Source: Thermoplasmatota archaeon
GTDB taxonomy: Archaea > Thermoplasmatota > E2 > DHVEG-1
NCBI GenBank assembly: GCA_029939595.1
Contig: JAOZSQ010000001.1
Location: 261,722-325,721 of the forward strand
Direction: 5' to 3'
Length of the DNA: 64,000 bases
A program made the position numbers and the translations under genes. The notes beneath the pieces are model-generated. The model searched no databases, was not told the DNA's origin, and saw only the letters and a list, made by a program, of their open reading frames with translations. How positions within the stretch are numbered: the stretch's first letter is position 1; each line of letters starts with the position of its first letter. Shown here in pieces: positions 47,163 through 56,536 of the stretch.

Positions 47163-47939
47163 ATGAGACGAATTATAAAATTATCAGATATGGAAAAAAT
47201 ATCAGCATTGGAATCTGAAATAGAGATAATGAAATCTTCGGTGATTTCAATGGATAGCAATGTATCTGTTTTAACGGGTGGAGTTGGATTTCAAACATTA
47301 AGTGCGGAAAGGAACACATTAAATTTGGGTTTATATAGTGATACAACTCAAAATATTGACGTAGAATATTGGAAAGAAGGTCAAGTAACTCCTTCTGCGA
47401 ATAATGGAATAGAAGTAATACAAGATGAGACTAGAGTTCATACTATTAATAGTTTAGAAGTAGGAACTAAATATTTTGTTAAAATATATTCCAAGGGGAT
47501 TGGAAGTATGCCAAAAGTGGCATATACTCAACTTATTGATAAGCCATTTTTTACTATTGAGAAGATTGAAGTGAGTGAAAATTCACGATCTTATCCTAAT
47601 CCTTCTGATAGTTCATGGACAGTTTTTCAGAGGTGGTATCATAATGGAAGATGCACAATTTCCAATTTCAATCCAGAATTAGTTGGAAAATCTGTTACTT
47701 TGAATTATTCTATAACGGGAGGGGGTTCAGGTACTTTTGTTGTAACAGGAAATGGTTCAAAAACACTTCTGTCATCTAATTGGTTGACAGCACAAAATAA
47801 CCGATCTGATTGGCCAGCAATGAGTACAACAACGATTTATATTACATATTCTGATGGAACCCCTCTATGTCAAGGATCATTTAATGGTCGGGGGTCAAAA
47901 ACAACAAATGCGCTAATTGATTATTGGAAGGATATTTAA
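47163..47939 (+). CDS. hypothetical protein
   Basis: ORF with a GGTGGAG ribosome-binding site. No motif recognised. Confidence 0.5.
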   Translation: MRRIIKLSDMEKISALESEIEIMKSSVISMDSNVSVLTGGVGFQTLSAERNTLNLGLYSDTTQNIDVEYWKEGQVTPSANNGIEVIQDETRVHTINSLEVGTKYFVKIYSKGIGSMPKVAYTQLIDKPFFTIEKIEVSENSRSYPNPSDSSWTVFQRWYHNGRCTISNFNPELVGKSVTLNYSITGGGSGTFVVTGNGSKTLLSSNWLTAQNNRSDWPAMSTTTIYITYSDGTPLCQGSFNGRGSKTTNALIDYWKDI

Positions 47940-47973
47940 TGGTTGTTAAGCCATATTTTATTTTTATGGTGAA

Positions 47974-48002
47974 TTGACCATATTGTTTGAATTTGCTAGA
48001 AT
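47974..48002 (+). promoter_or_regulatory. sigma70-like promoter TTGACC-17-TAGAAT
   Basis: Lies in the noncoding region before the iterated repeats. Confidence 0.35.
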
Positions 48003-48009
48003 GTGATTT

Positions 48010-48160
48010 TGTTCGTTATTTTATACGTTAACCGGTATAAGGGGTTAAATATAGCACATTAACTAGTCTTAACTGGTATAATGGTCAAAATAAAGACCGT
48101 TATAGGGGATAATTAACATATTAACCGTTATAGCGGATAACAATTTAACTAATGAGGTAA
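48010..48160. repeat. iterated short-repeat noncoding region
   Basis: TTAACCGGTATAAGGGGTTAA, TTAACTGGTATAATGGTCAAAA, ACCGTTATAGGGGATAATTAAC and ACCGTTATAGCGGATAACAA. That is at least four copies of a ~20-nt motif (GTTATAG[GC]GGATAA / GGTATAA[GT]GG) within 150 nt. Confidence 0.6.
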
Positions 48161-48162
48161 AA

Positions 48163-48393
48163 ATGGCAAGAGTACGCACAACCAAGAGGAACAAAAGAAC
48201 GGGTTCTCTTTTATATAAAGATGTTGTAACTGGTAAGTATTATAATGATGTGAATTCAATGGATGAAGTTGAATCCATGTTAATTGTAGGCGAAGTTGGA
48301 AATCTTTATGGATCTGGTGGGTCCGACACCTATTTTTCAGGTGGCGGAAATGATTGTGATGGTTTAGATTCTAATTGTGGTGATGGTTGGTAG
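48163..48393 (+). CDS. small Gly/Asp-rich hypothetical protein
   Basis: ORF with a GAGG ribosome-binding site. Confidence 0.4.
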   Translation: MARVRTTKRNKRTGSLLYKDVVTGKYYNDVNSMDEVESMLIVGEVGNLYGSGGSDTYFSGGGNDCDGLDSNCGDGW

Positions 48394-48394
48394 T

Positions 48395-49069
48395 TTACAC
48401 AAACTGGTTATCGTATTCTGAATTAAATGCTTGCAAACCGATATTTTTTATCATTTCTTTTCTCCATTTATAGTTTCGTTCTGGTATATCCCGCCAATTA
48501 AGAGTAAAGGGTGCTAATTCATTGGTGCCTTTTATTGTTTTTTTCCATAACTTATGAAAGTGATTTTCTCCGTGTGGAATGGAGAGGAGAACATTTTTTT
48601 GAGATATGGGAATTACGTTTGTATAAAAATCCCCCCAAATTTTGTCTTCTACATAAGCTATTTCTGTAGCGATTAACACATCAAGTCTTATTCCTTTTAT
48701 AAATGGTCTTATGCTATTGGCAATGATCCTAGATCCATTTTTAAAGATTATTGTTAGGTCATTGCAATGGTCTATTAATGGTGATCCTTCCAACATCAGT
48801 TTTATTTTTTTAATTTCTTCTTTAGCATAATCCAATTTTGTTAAAAATAATCCTATAGTTGAGTATTGGTTATAGCAAGCATACCATGCGGTGTATAGTC
48901 TTAATGCTGTGCTTGAGCCACATTGTCTGGATGAGTTGATTACTGTGAAGTTATTTTCTTGGATATGTTCTAAAAGGGCTTCATCGTGATCCCGAAGTGT
49001 GAGTGGAATTAATCCTTCATCGTAGTTTATTATTTTACAAAATTCTGCGAATTCTTTTAATGATTTCAT
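48395..49069 (-). CDS. terminase-large-subunit-like ATPase domain only (no nuclease domain)
   Basis: Walker A NSSRQCGSSTAL and Walker B VLIATEIAYV, collinear with the 8206 terL ATPase half. 224 aa. Confidence 0.6.
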   Translation of the reverse strand: MKSLKEFAEFCKIINYDEGLIPLTLRDHDEALLEHIQENNFTVINSSRQCGSSTALRLYTAWYACYNQYSTIGLFLTKLDYAKEEIKKIKLMLEGSPLIDHCNDLTIIFKNGSRIIANSIRPFIKGIRLDVLIATEIAYVEDKIWGDFYTNVIPISQKNVLLSIPHGENHFHKLWKKTIKGTNELAPFTLNWRDIPERNYKWRKEMIKNIGLQAFNSEYDNQFV

Positions 49070-49110
49070 TTTTTCCTTGTTTAGTTGGTGATAAATAGAG
49101 GTAACAGTAT

Positions 49111-49269
49111 TTATGTTGGGTGATAGTGTCTTCTTAGTGTTTCTCCATTATGGGTAATAAATTTGGTGAGGATGAGATTAGTTTGTTCTTTATTTAGAGA
49201 TTTTTTATAATGTCTAAGATATCGTTTTAGGATTCTTAATTCTAATAGTAAAAATTGTTGGTTAGTCAT
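49111..49269 (-). CDS. 52-aa basic mini-ORF upstream of the terminase-like ATPase
   Basis: MTNQQFLLLELRILKRYLRHYKK... Below the track cutoff and lying immediately 5-prime of the minus-strand ATPase gene. Coordinates are approximate, within a few nt. Confidence 0.25.
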   Translation of the reverse strand: MTNQQFLLLELRILKRYLRHYKKSLNKEQTNLILTKFITHNGETLRRHYHPT

Positions 49270-49343
49270 TTTTTACTCTTTGGTTTGAAGTTAATTTTTA
49301 ATGGTTAACTATTTTATTATTATTTATAATGAGGAGATGATTT

Positions 49344-49598
49344 ATGAAGAAGAAAAAGAAGAAAATTTCATTAAAAAAACTGGTAAAAAAAACATTGAAT
49401 GATGATTTTGATGATGGGATTTGTTTAAGTTGTTGTTTTTGTAAAAACACGGAAGAAAATTCAATTTTGATGGGCGGACCGATAGCTTATATTTGCGATG
49501 AATGCATTCACAGATATGCGAAGGAATTGGATAAAAATGCATTGGATAATGGGCTGAGAAATCAAAAAGGGAAGGTTAGTGAGAAAAGGTATTGTTAA
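49344..49598 (+). CDS. ClpX N-terminal zinc-binding-domain-like small protein
   Basis: LSCCFCKNTEENSILMGGPIAYICDECIH parallels the ClpX zinc-binding domain C-S-F-C-G-K...L-I-A-G-P...Y-I-C-D-E-C. Poly-Lys N-terminus. Confidence 0.5.
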   Translation: MKKKKKKISLKKLVKKTLNDDFDDGICLSCCFCKNTEENSILMGGPIAYICDECIHRYAKELDKNALDNGLRNQKGKVSEKRYC

Positions 49599-49719
49599 AT
49601 TTTGGTTTGGATTCTGAGGTCATTTCAAGGGCATTCCGAATATATATTAGAAACTGGTTTAAATTTTGGTTTATGGCATTTTACTAAATAGATTGTAAGA
49701 GAAGAATTTGATTATAAAT

Positions 49720-49727
49720 TATAAATA
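49720..49727 (+). promoter_or_regulatory. T4-type late promoter TATAAATA
   Basis: Part of a duplicated element, TATAAATAAAAGAAAGC. Confidence 0.4.
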
Positions 49728-49755
49728 AAAGAAAGCGAAATGAAAGGTATAGACT

Positions 49756-49763
49756 TATAAATA
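49756..49763 (+). promoter_or_regulatory. T4-type late promoter TATAAATA
   Basis: Second copy, TATAAATAAGAAAGC, about 55 nt upstream of the tube gene. Confidence 0.4.
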
Positions 49764-49816
49764 AGAAAGCAAAATATAAAAGAGAAATATAACAATATTT
49801 CAAAAGAGAGGAAAAA

Positions 49817-50365
49817 ATGGCAGGTATTAAATTAAGCGATTTTAGAGCACATGCTACTGATGTTTCTAGGATGAACAGATTTTTTGTTGCTTTTAATGGT
49901 GCATATGGCATTATTGACGATGATGAATATTTAGCAAAGTCAATAGCTATTCCAGCGAGAGAAATAGGGAATTGTGAACTTGATTGGCAGGGTCAGAAGA
50001 TGAAGCTTGCTGGTGATCCGACTATTGGTGATTTAACCATTGGATTTTGGAACAAATATAATTTCAATTTACGTAAGAAATTTCAAATGTGGTCTACGTT
50101 TGTTGCTGGAACAGTTCCAAATACAAGGGGAAGACCAGTTGTAATGGGCGGAACAAATGCTTATAAATGTGATAAGATTACTGTTAGGACATTGGATGGA
50201 ATAGGTGCTGAGACTAACAAGTGGATATATAAGGATTGTTTCCCAACAAGTGTTGCTGAAATTGGTTTGGATATGGGTTCCGCAGACACACCTGAAGAAT
50301 ATGATGTTACATTTTCAGTAGAACAGACAGGTAATCCTTCTGTAGTTACAGGAATGAATTCATAA
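49817..50365 (+). CDS. tail tube protein (gp19-like), copy 1
   Basis: Paralog of the 50414 gene: SIPAREIGNCELDWQG, CFPTSVAEIGLD. GAGAGGAAAAAATG ribosome-binding site. Confidence 0.7.
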   Translation: MAGIKLSDFRAHATDVSRMNRFFVAFNGAYGIIDDDEYLAKSIAIPAREIGNCELDWQGQKMKLAGDPTIGDLTIGFWNKYNFNLRKKFQMWSTFVAGTVPNTRGRPVVMGGTNAYKCDKITVRTLDGIGAETNKWIYKDCFPTSVAEIGLDMGSADTPEEYDVTFSVEQTGNPSVVTGMNS

Positions 50366-50413
50366 AAATAAGAAAATAAAAGAAATTTTTAACCAAAAAT
50401 TTAGGAGAAAGAT

Positions 50414-50986
50414 ATGCCTACAATTTTATTAAAAGATTTTAGGTCAAAATTAACTGATGCCGCTAGACCTAACAGGTTTTTGGTACGTTTTTCAAATTTA
50501 CCAGCACTTCCAGGTATTAAAGATTGGATGATTGATGATGATTGGTATCAATGTAAAACGGCGAGTATTCCTGCGAAGGAAGTAGGAAGTTTTGAACTTG
50601 ATTGGCAAGGTATGAAGAGAAAAATCGGTGGAGATCCTACATATGGTGATCTAACACTTGGATTTTGGAGTCATGAGGATTATGGTTTGCGTTTAGGATT
50701 TGAGCAATGGATTGAGTATATGGCAGGAATGCTTACTAATGAAAGAGGTCCTGGTGGATCAAAAGACACAGCTATTGATTACAAAACTAATATTATTGTA
50801 AGTCAGCTTGGTAGAGGTGATGCGAGTAATGTTTTGGAAGAATATGCATATGATGGATGTTTTCCAACTAGTGTTGCTGAGATTGGTTTAGATCAATCGT
50901 CTGCTGATACCCCACAAGAGTTTGACGTAACATTTGCAGTTGATGTATCAGATCATGTGGCGATAGGAGCAAGTAAAGTATTATAA
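50414..50986 (+). CDS. tail tube protein (gp19-like), copy 2
   Basis: LTDAARPNRFLVRF resembles T4 gp19 FARPNLFQVEI. Shares blocks with copy 1. Confidence 0.75.
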   Translation: MPTILLKDFRSKLTDAARPNRFLVRFSNLPALPGIKDWMIDDDWYQCKTASIPAKEVGSFELDWQGMKRKIGGDPTYGDLTLGFWSHEDYGLRLGFEQWIEYMAGMLTNERGPGGSKDTAIDYKTNIIVSQLGRGDASNVLEEYAYDGCFPTSVAEIGLDQSSADTPQEFDVTFAVDVSDHVAIGASKVL

Positions 50987-51019
50987 TAATATTTTAACGA
51001 ACAAATTTTTCAAGGTATT

Positions 51020-52192
51020 ATGATATATAAAGATGATGTTTTTGTAGAAGGAGCGTTGGAAGCCATTGCTCCTTTGTCGGTTGAAGACAATACCAATCGT
51101 GTTGTTACAACCGAGTTTTTGAGACGTATTCCTTTGTCTATTCCCTCACCATTGAAGGCTAGTAGTCCTTTATTTGGACCAAATTTGAAGATAGAATTGG
51201 TTTTGGATGAATTGCTGGCTATTTTTACTTTTTATGATATGACTAATAAAAAGATAAAGTTGTCGGAGACCAATTTCAGACCGAAACCAGAAGTTTGGAA
51301 AGGTAAATATGGTGAGTTAATGAATGCCGAGGAAGCGTTGAATAATCTAATTATGTCAACTCACACACAAGAGTATATTGATGGTGAGTTTATTAGAGTA
51401 GATGGTTTAATAGCTAATGATACGGATAACCTCAAAAATAATTATTATACTAAAGTACAAATTGAGGATTCCATTCTTGTAATAAACAATAAAATAGATG
51501 CTTTAGATGCTGATACTTATTCCATTAAGAAGCTAGACGAAGAACATACCGAGATTCGTGGTTTGATAACCAGTTTATCTAGTGATACGTATACAAAGGC
51601 GGAAACAGATAACCAGTTGGTTTTGATTAATACTAAAATTGACGACAAGGTTGATGATTATGATCTCCGTTACATAAGGCTGGATGCGGATTCAAAGCCA
51701 AATAAAGATGCTGATTATGTTATTGGTGGTCCGAATTACCGATATTTAGAGTTTTATTGTAAGAATGTATATGCTAGTCTTATTGAGAGTGACAAAGCAG
51801 ATGTTGCTGAACTTTATTCGTTAAAGGGATTTAAACCAAGTCTTGATAATAGGAAATCTCATGAAGGAAGAGTTGTTGTAATTTCATCTGATGAAAATTA
51901 CGATTGTGAAATATGTGAAGAAAAAGAAAGTATTCGTATTTTAGGGGTTATTTCAGTTAATCCAGGATATATTTTAAACAGTAATTTAGCAAATGGTGTT
52001 CCGGTTGCTCTTATTGGTAGAGTACCTTGTTATGTAAGAGGCAAGGTAAAAAAAGGAAATCTTTTAAAAAGTGGAAAGAATGGAACTGCACGAAGGGCAA
52101 GCAGCAATGATAATCCTAATGTTGTTTTTGCAAAAGCGATGGAGGATAAATTAACGGGTGAAGACAAACAAATTGAAATTGTACTTCTTTAG
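51020..52192 (+). CDS. putative tail/baseplate structural protein
   Basis: 390-aa ORF located between the tube and fibre genes. No firm motif. Confidence 0.45.
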   Translation: MIYKDDVFVEGALEAIAPLSVEDNTNRVVTTEFLRRIPLSIPSPLKASSPLFGPNLKIELVLDELLAIFTFYDMTNKKIKLSETNFRPKPEVWKGKYGELMNAEEALNNLIMSTHTQEYIDGEFIRVDGLIANDTDNLKNNYYTKVQIEDSILVINNKIDALDADTYSIKKLDEEHTEIRGLITSLSSDTYTKAETDNQLVLINTKIDDKVDDYDLRYIRLDADSKPNKDADYVIGGPNYRYLEFYCKNVYASLIESDKADVAELYSLKGFKPSLDNRKSHEGRVVVISSDENYDCEICEEKESIRILGVISVNPGYILNSNLANGVPVALIGRVPCYVRGKVKKGNLLKSGKNGTARRASSNDNPNVVFAKAMEDKLTGEDKQIEIVLL

Positions 52193-52200
52193 GAGATGAG

Positions 52201-54084
52201 ATGGCAGAAAAGTCTTTTACAACCCAACTGAAACCTGGACAACTTATATTCAATAATATTGAATTTATTGATCAGACTCTCGCAAAACCTAGAATTGATG
52301 GTGATAAGGTTAATTTTAAGGGCAATTATATTACTCTTAATAACCATGTTCCCCTTTTAAAAGATGATTTAGAAGCTGGTTTAAAGATAGATAGAATTGA
52401 TAAGAGCGATGTTAGTATTAGATGGTCAGAATCAAACAAAAATTGGGAACTTACAGAAAATGGAACTTTCTTTTTTAGGGTTTGGCATCAAGGTAATGTT
52501 CGTGGTATTGCAAATCGGGTTTTAAAATGGAAAAGTGTTAATAAGCTGAATTTGGATGAAGGTGTTTCTGATGAATTTGATAATTCTATTATTGAGGATA
52601 CCAGGGATGGAGTATCTATTGATGGGCATGTTGAATCAGGATATAAGCTTTCAGTTGAAGGCAATGCGTTAGTAAAAGGAAATGTAGAAATACGAAGCAT
52701 AGCCGATTTAGCTTCAAAAACGTATGAACCATCTAATTTATTAGTAAAAAAGATGGCTTTAAGTCCTGACATCAGACCAGAGGATGTGCCTTCCGATTTA
52801 GGAGGTCATTTAACTGTTGAGGGCAATACTTTAATACATGGCTCTTTAGAAGTAAAGGGCGAAACCATCACATTTAAATCAGAAGTTGTTAAAATAGCTG
52901 ATAACATCATTGATTTAAATTCAAATTTCACGTCAGGTACACCAAGCGAACCCGCAGGAATTCAAATTACAAGAGGAAGTGAAAACAATACCACATTTAG
53001 ATGGAATGAAGATCTTGATTTGTGGGATTTGACAGAGAATGGAACCGATTTTCATAAACTTTGGCATCAGGGTAATTTTGATTGGGATTCCCGATTGAAC
53101 TATCTTCCAAAGTGGATAAATTGTGAGAAGGAGGGTGAGACGAGATTAAACAAGCTCACTCCAAGTCTTATTGTTGATGATGGTGAAACTGTTACGATAG
53201 AAGGCAATATTAAGATTATCAAAGCTCTTGAAATTGGGAATACCTTGACGTTGAATCTTTATGATAATATGGCGAGAATTATTGTAAATAGAGATATCAA
53301 TTCAACAAGTGAATTTAGGTGGGATGAAGTCAAAGGACAATTTGAGATAGCAGAAGATGGGAGTACATTTAAGAAGGTATGGCATCAAGGCAATTTGTTG
53401 GGTACTAGAAATATGGTAGCCAAGTGGACTGAAGACAATTTATTGGGTACAGGAACTATTGAAGATTCTGATGCGAAGGTTTTTATTAATAATGATTTAG
53501 AGATAGGAGCCAAGCATTCGCTTATTTTAAATTATGATGATGATAATGAGGCTAAGATAAAGGTATTTGATGTTTCCACTTTTCCTATGTTATTGTGGTC
53601 TGGTGTTAAAAAGGATTGGGAAGTTACTATTAAGAATGATGGTGAACGATTCAATATTTGGCATCGGGGAAATATAAATTTTTTGCCAGAGAATAATATT
53701 GTCCCTCGTTGGGACAGTTCTAGGTCGGTATTTGATTTGAAAAAAGGAAGCATATTGGACAGTGGAGAACGTGTTTCTATCGGTTCGGATTTGGATGAAA
53801 ATTATCGGTTTAAGGTTGGTGGTGATGTACGTGTTGATGGTTTTATAGAACTGGATAAGAATTTAGATATACATGCTACTAAAGATGCAAGCAATTTTGC
53901 CGAGGCTAGAATTAGTATAAATATGAATGATGGAGCAATAAGAAAACCATCAATAAGATATATTTATGATAAATTAAATACACAGAGCAGGTGGGAATTA
54001 ACAACTGATGGGACAAATTTCCATGAAGTTTGGGATAAACATAATATATATTTCAAGAAAGGATTTATGTTTGTTCTAGTATAA
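52201..54084 (+). CDS. tail fibre/baseplate protein with five internal 'W.LTENGT.F..VWHQGN' repeats
   Basis: Repeats near aa 80, 275, 385, 470 and 600. Confidence 0.55.
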   Translation: MAEKSFTTQLKPGQLIFNNIEFIDQTLAKPRIDGDKVNFKGNYITLNNHVPLLKDDLEAGLKIDRIDKSDVSIRWSESNKNWELTENGTFFFRVWHQGNVRGIANRVLKWKSVNKLNLDEGVSDEFDNSIIEDTRDGVSIDGHVESGYKLSVEGNALVKGNVEIRSIADLASKTYEPSNLLVKKMALSPDIRPEDVPSDLGGHLTVEGNTLIHGSLEVKGETITFKSEVVKIADNIIDLNSNFTSGTPSEPAGIQITRGSENNTTFRWNEDLDLWDLTENGTDFHKLWHQGNFDWDSRLNYLPKWINCEKEGETRLNKLTPSLIVDDGETVTIEGNIKIIKALEIGNTLTLNLYDNMARIIVNRDINSTSEFRWDEVKGQFEIAEDGSTFKKVWHQGNLLGTRNMVAKWTEDNLLGTGTIEDSDAKVFINNDLEIGAKHSLILNYDDDNEAKIKVFDVSTFPMLLWSGVKKDWEVTIKNDGERFNIWHRGNINFLPENNIVPRWDSSRSVFDLKKGSILDSGERVSIGSDLDENYRFKVGGDVRVDGFIELDKNLDIHATKDASNFAEARISINMNDGAIRKPSIRYIYDKLNTQSRWELTTDGTNFHEVWDKHNIYFKKGFMFVLV

Positions 54085-54096
54085 CAACTTAATAAG

Positions 54097-55341
54097 GTGA
54101 GAAGAAATATGACAAATCTTAAATTAACAAATAATAATATTCAGATTGGAGATGAGTTATTTATTAACCCACGCAAGAATAAAATTTATGGTTCGTTGGT
54201 TGATTTTGATAATCCGTTTATTACATTTAATAATTGTATAGGAGTTGAAAATCGCAATCACGTCATTGAAACAAAAGCAAAAGATGCTGGTCTGAAGGTT
54301 AACCGAGGGGGAGGCCATATTAATGATGCTTGGTTAAAATGGGATGAAAATTCAGTTGAATGGCAAATATCTGAAGATAACCAAAATTTTTATAAAGTGT
54401 GGCATCAAGGAAATTTAATTGGTACGAAAAATACAATAACCAAATGGGAGGAAGAAAACTTAATTGGACCGTCCAAGATTAGAGAAGACACGGAAGGTTA
54501 TGTTGCAATTGACGCAAGTATTGAAAGACCATATAAGTTGAAATTAAATGGGAATTTAAAAGTTGATGGGAATACTATTATTACTGGAACAGTATTAAGT
54601 GAAAAAGGTGTTAGTTTTAAAGAAGATTTATTAGTGGACAAATTAACAAGCACAACCGATTTATATGTTAGAGATGGAGTAGTATTGGATTTACGTGGAC
54701 CGATGAAAGATGAAAACGGTGATCCGATGAAAAATGCTGATGGTGAAACCATTGATAAAAAAGGTCAAGGATTGAGAATTCAGAGAAGCACAGTGAGTTT
54801 TGTTGAATTTGGTTGGAATGAAGATAAAAAAGCTCCAAGTGACGAAAAAAATCTCAAGTGGTACGTAACTGAGTTATCTGGTAAAAAGCATACATTATGG
54901 CATAATAATGATTTTTATTTTACAGGAGAAAAAAATGTATTACCAAAGTGGGATTCAGAAGAAAAAGGATTAGTGTCTTCTCTTGTTAAAGATGATGGAA
55001 AAGGAATTGGAATATGTGCGGAGCCTCAATTGGGCTACAGTTTAAAAGTAAATGGTTTAGTTGCATTGGCTGACCCCCTCACTTCATTTGTTGGTCATGG
55101 CACGGCACCTTTTATTATTAATTCAAAAACAATGGTTGAGAATTTAAATGCTGATTTATTGGATGGATTTGAAGCGGCTGAGTTAGCTAAGTTACACGGT
55201 TCTAATCGTGAAGATTTTCAAACAAAAAATTTAAAAATAGAAGAAGATGTAGAGATCTTTGGTAATCTTTGGTTAGAGTCTCAAGGTCAATTGAAACATC
55301 TTTTTATTGATGATAAAGGTTATGTAAGGGTAGTTGAATAA
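54097..55341 (+). CDS. tail fibre protein (shares the WHQGN repeat; C-terminal NADLLDG motif)
   Basis: WQISEDNQNFYKVWHQGN, and ...VENLNADLLDGFEAAELAKL, which is common in phage fibre proteins. Confidence 0.6.
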   Translation: MRRNMTNLKLTNNNIQIGDELFINPRKNKIYGSLVDFDNPFITFNNCIGVENRNHVIETKAKDAGLKVNRGGGHINDAWLKWDENSVEWQISEDNQNFYKVWHQGNLIGTKNTITKWEEENLIGPSKIREDTEGYVAIDASIERPYKLKLNGNLKVDGNTIITGTVLSEKGVSFKEDLLVDKLTSTTDLYVRDGVVLDLRGPMKDENGDPMKNADGETIDKKGQGLRIQRSTVSFVEFGWNEDKKAPSDEKNLKWYVTELSGKKHTLWHNNDFYFTGEKNVLPKWDSEEKGLVSSLVKDDGKGIGICAEPQLGYSLKVNGLVALADPLTSFVGHGTAPFIINSKTMVENLNADLLDGFEAAELAKLHGSNREDFQTKNLKIEEDVEIFGNLWLESQGQLKHLFIDDKGYVRVVE

Positions 55342-55454
55342 TGGCAAAAAAGAAGAAAAAGGTTTTTGATGACAAAGACATGAAAGAGCTTGAGAAGGCG
55401 ATTCATAATTTCAAAAAGAGCAAGAAGAAGTCTAAGAAGAGGAAGAAGAAATGA
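55341..55454 (+). CDS. 37-aa poly-Lys mini-protein
   Basis: MAKKKKKVFDDKDMKELEKAIHNFKKSKKKSKKRKKK. ATGA/TAATG-coupled on both sides and below the track cutoff. Confidence 0.3.
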   Translation: MAKKKKKVFDDKDMKELEKAIHNFKKSKKKSKKRKKK

Positions 55455-55633
55455 TTGTACGATTATGCGAGAAACAAGGTTGTATGGAATTGCGAAGGTT
55501 GGAATTTGCTAATTGCATGAACAAGAGGAATGAAGAATTATCAAAATCAAAGGAAAAATTACCATTATATGTAGATCCGTTTGAGGATTGTGGTAATACA
55601 TTTCGTAGTAAAATGAAGAGATGTAAGGATTAG
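55451..55633 (+). CDS. small Cys-containing hypothetical protein
   Basis: Coupled ORF. Confidence 0.4.
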   Translation: MIVRLCEKQGCMELRRLEFANCMNKRNEELSKSKEKLPLYVDPFEDCGNTFRSKMKRCKD

Positions 55634-55635
55634 AT

Positions 55636-55938
55636 ATGATAGTATTAAATGAGAGATATAAAAAATCCATTGCCGGACCGAAGGGTTCCACAAAGGGTAT
55701 GAAAGCTAACATTGCAAAGGAATTCAAGAGAAGTGATGATGCAATGGATGAAGTTATTGATTGTGTAAACAAGAAAAAGAAAGCGGCAGAAAAATGTATG
55801 GCTCAAATGAAAAAAGTTGATGCTTCAGAAAGGTACAAAGTTGGTGAAAAATGTTTGAAAACATTTGTTAATCAATATAAAAAATGTGGAAGTAATTGGG
55901 GAATGGATTTTTCAGGACTTAAAATAAAATCGGTTTAA
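55636..55938 (+). CDS. small Lys-rich hypothetical protein
   Basis: Coupled ORF. Confidence 0.45.
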   Translation: MIVLNERYKKSIAGPKGSTKGMKANIAKEFKRSDDAMDEVIDCVNKKKKAAEKCMAQMKKVDASERYKVGEKCLKTFVNQYKKCGSNWGMDFSGLKIKSV

Positions 55939-55973
55939 TTAAATATGAGATAATATGATAGTAAGGAATTAAT

Positions 55974-56534
55974 ATGGTAACAGTAGAATCGGCACAAAGA
56001 TTACAATTAAGAGGAACAAATAACAATTCTTGTTATATACCCAAGTTGCAAGTTATGATTGGGGATAAGTGGTATAATGCGCTTGAAGAAACCATTCAAA
56101 ATAACACCGATTGGAAGAAAGCAAAAGTGTCCGTGTTTTGTACACCTATTATATTAAATGAGACTGCCAAACAAGAATTGGAAAGTTTACAAAAAATGAA
56201 GACTGATGGAACACATCTTAACCAAGATGAAATAAAAAAATTGGCTGAATTGGAAGTGGCAGCAGCACAAGAGCGCAATAAAATGGTTGCCATGTTTTTG
56301 GCGGCTAATTATAAAGATGAACTGGATAGAAGAAGGATAGCCATTTATCAGACTGACGCAAGAGGTTATCCGATGAGAAAGACATTACAAACGTGGATGC
56401 CTTTTCCTACGTTTGTTGATAATGTTCGTTTGATAGAAACAGAAGAAGAAGAGGTAACAGGAAATATCCAATTTAGGAATAATATGTTGTTTATGGAAAT
56501 AGACGATAGTGAACATGCGAGACCAGAGGAATAA
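55974..56534 (+). CDS. hypothetical structural protein
   Basis: ORF in the fibre module. Confidence 0.45.
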   Translation: MVTVESAQRLQLRGTNNNSCYIPKLQVMIGDKWYNALEETIQNNTDWKKAKVSVFCTPIILNETAKQELESLQKMKTDGTHLNQDEIKKLAELEVAAAQERNKMVAMFLAANYKDELDRRRIAIYQTDARGYPMRKTLQTWMPFPTFVDNVRLIETEEEEVTGNIQFRNNMLFMEIDDSEHARPEE

Positions 56535-56536
56535 TT

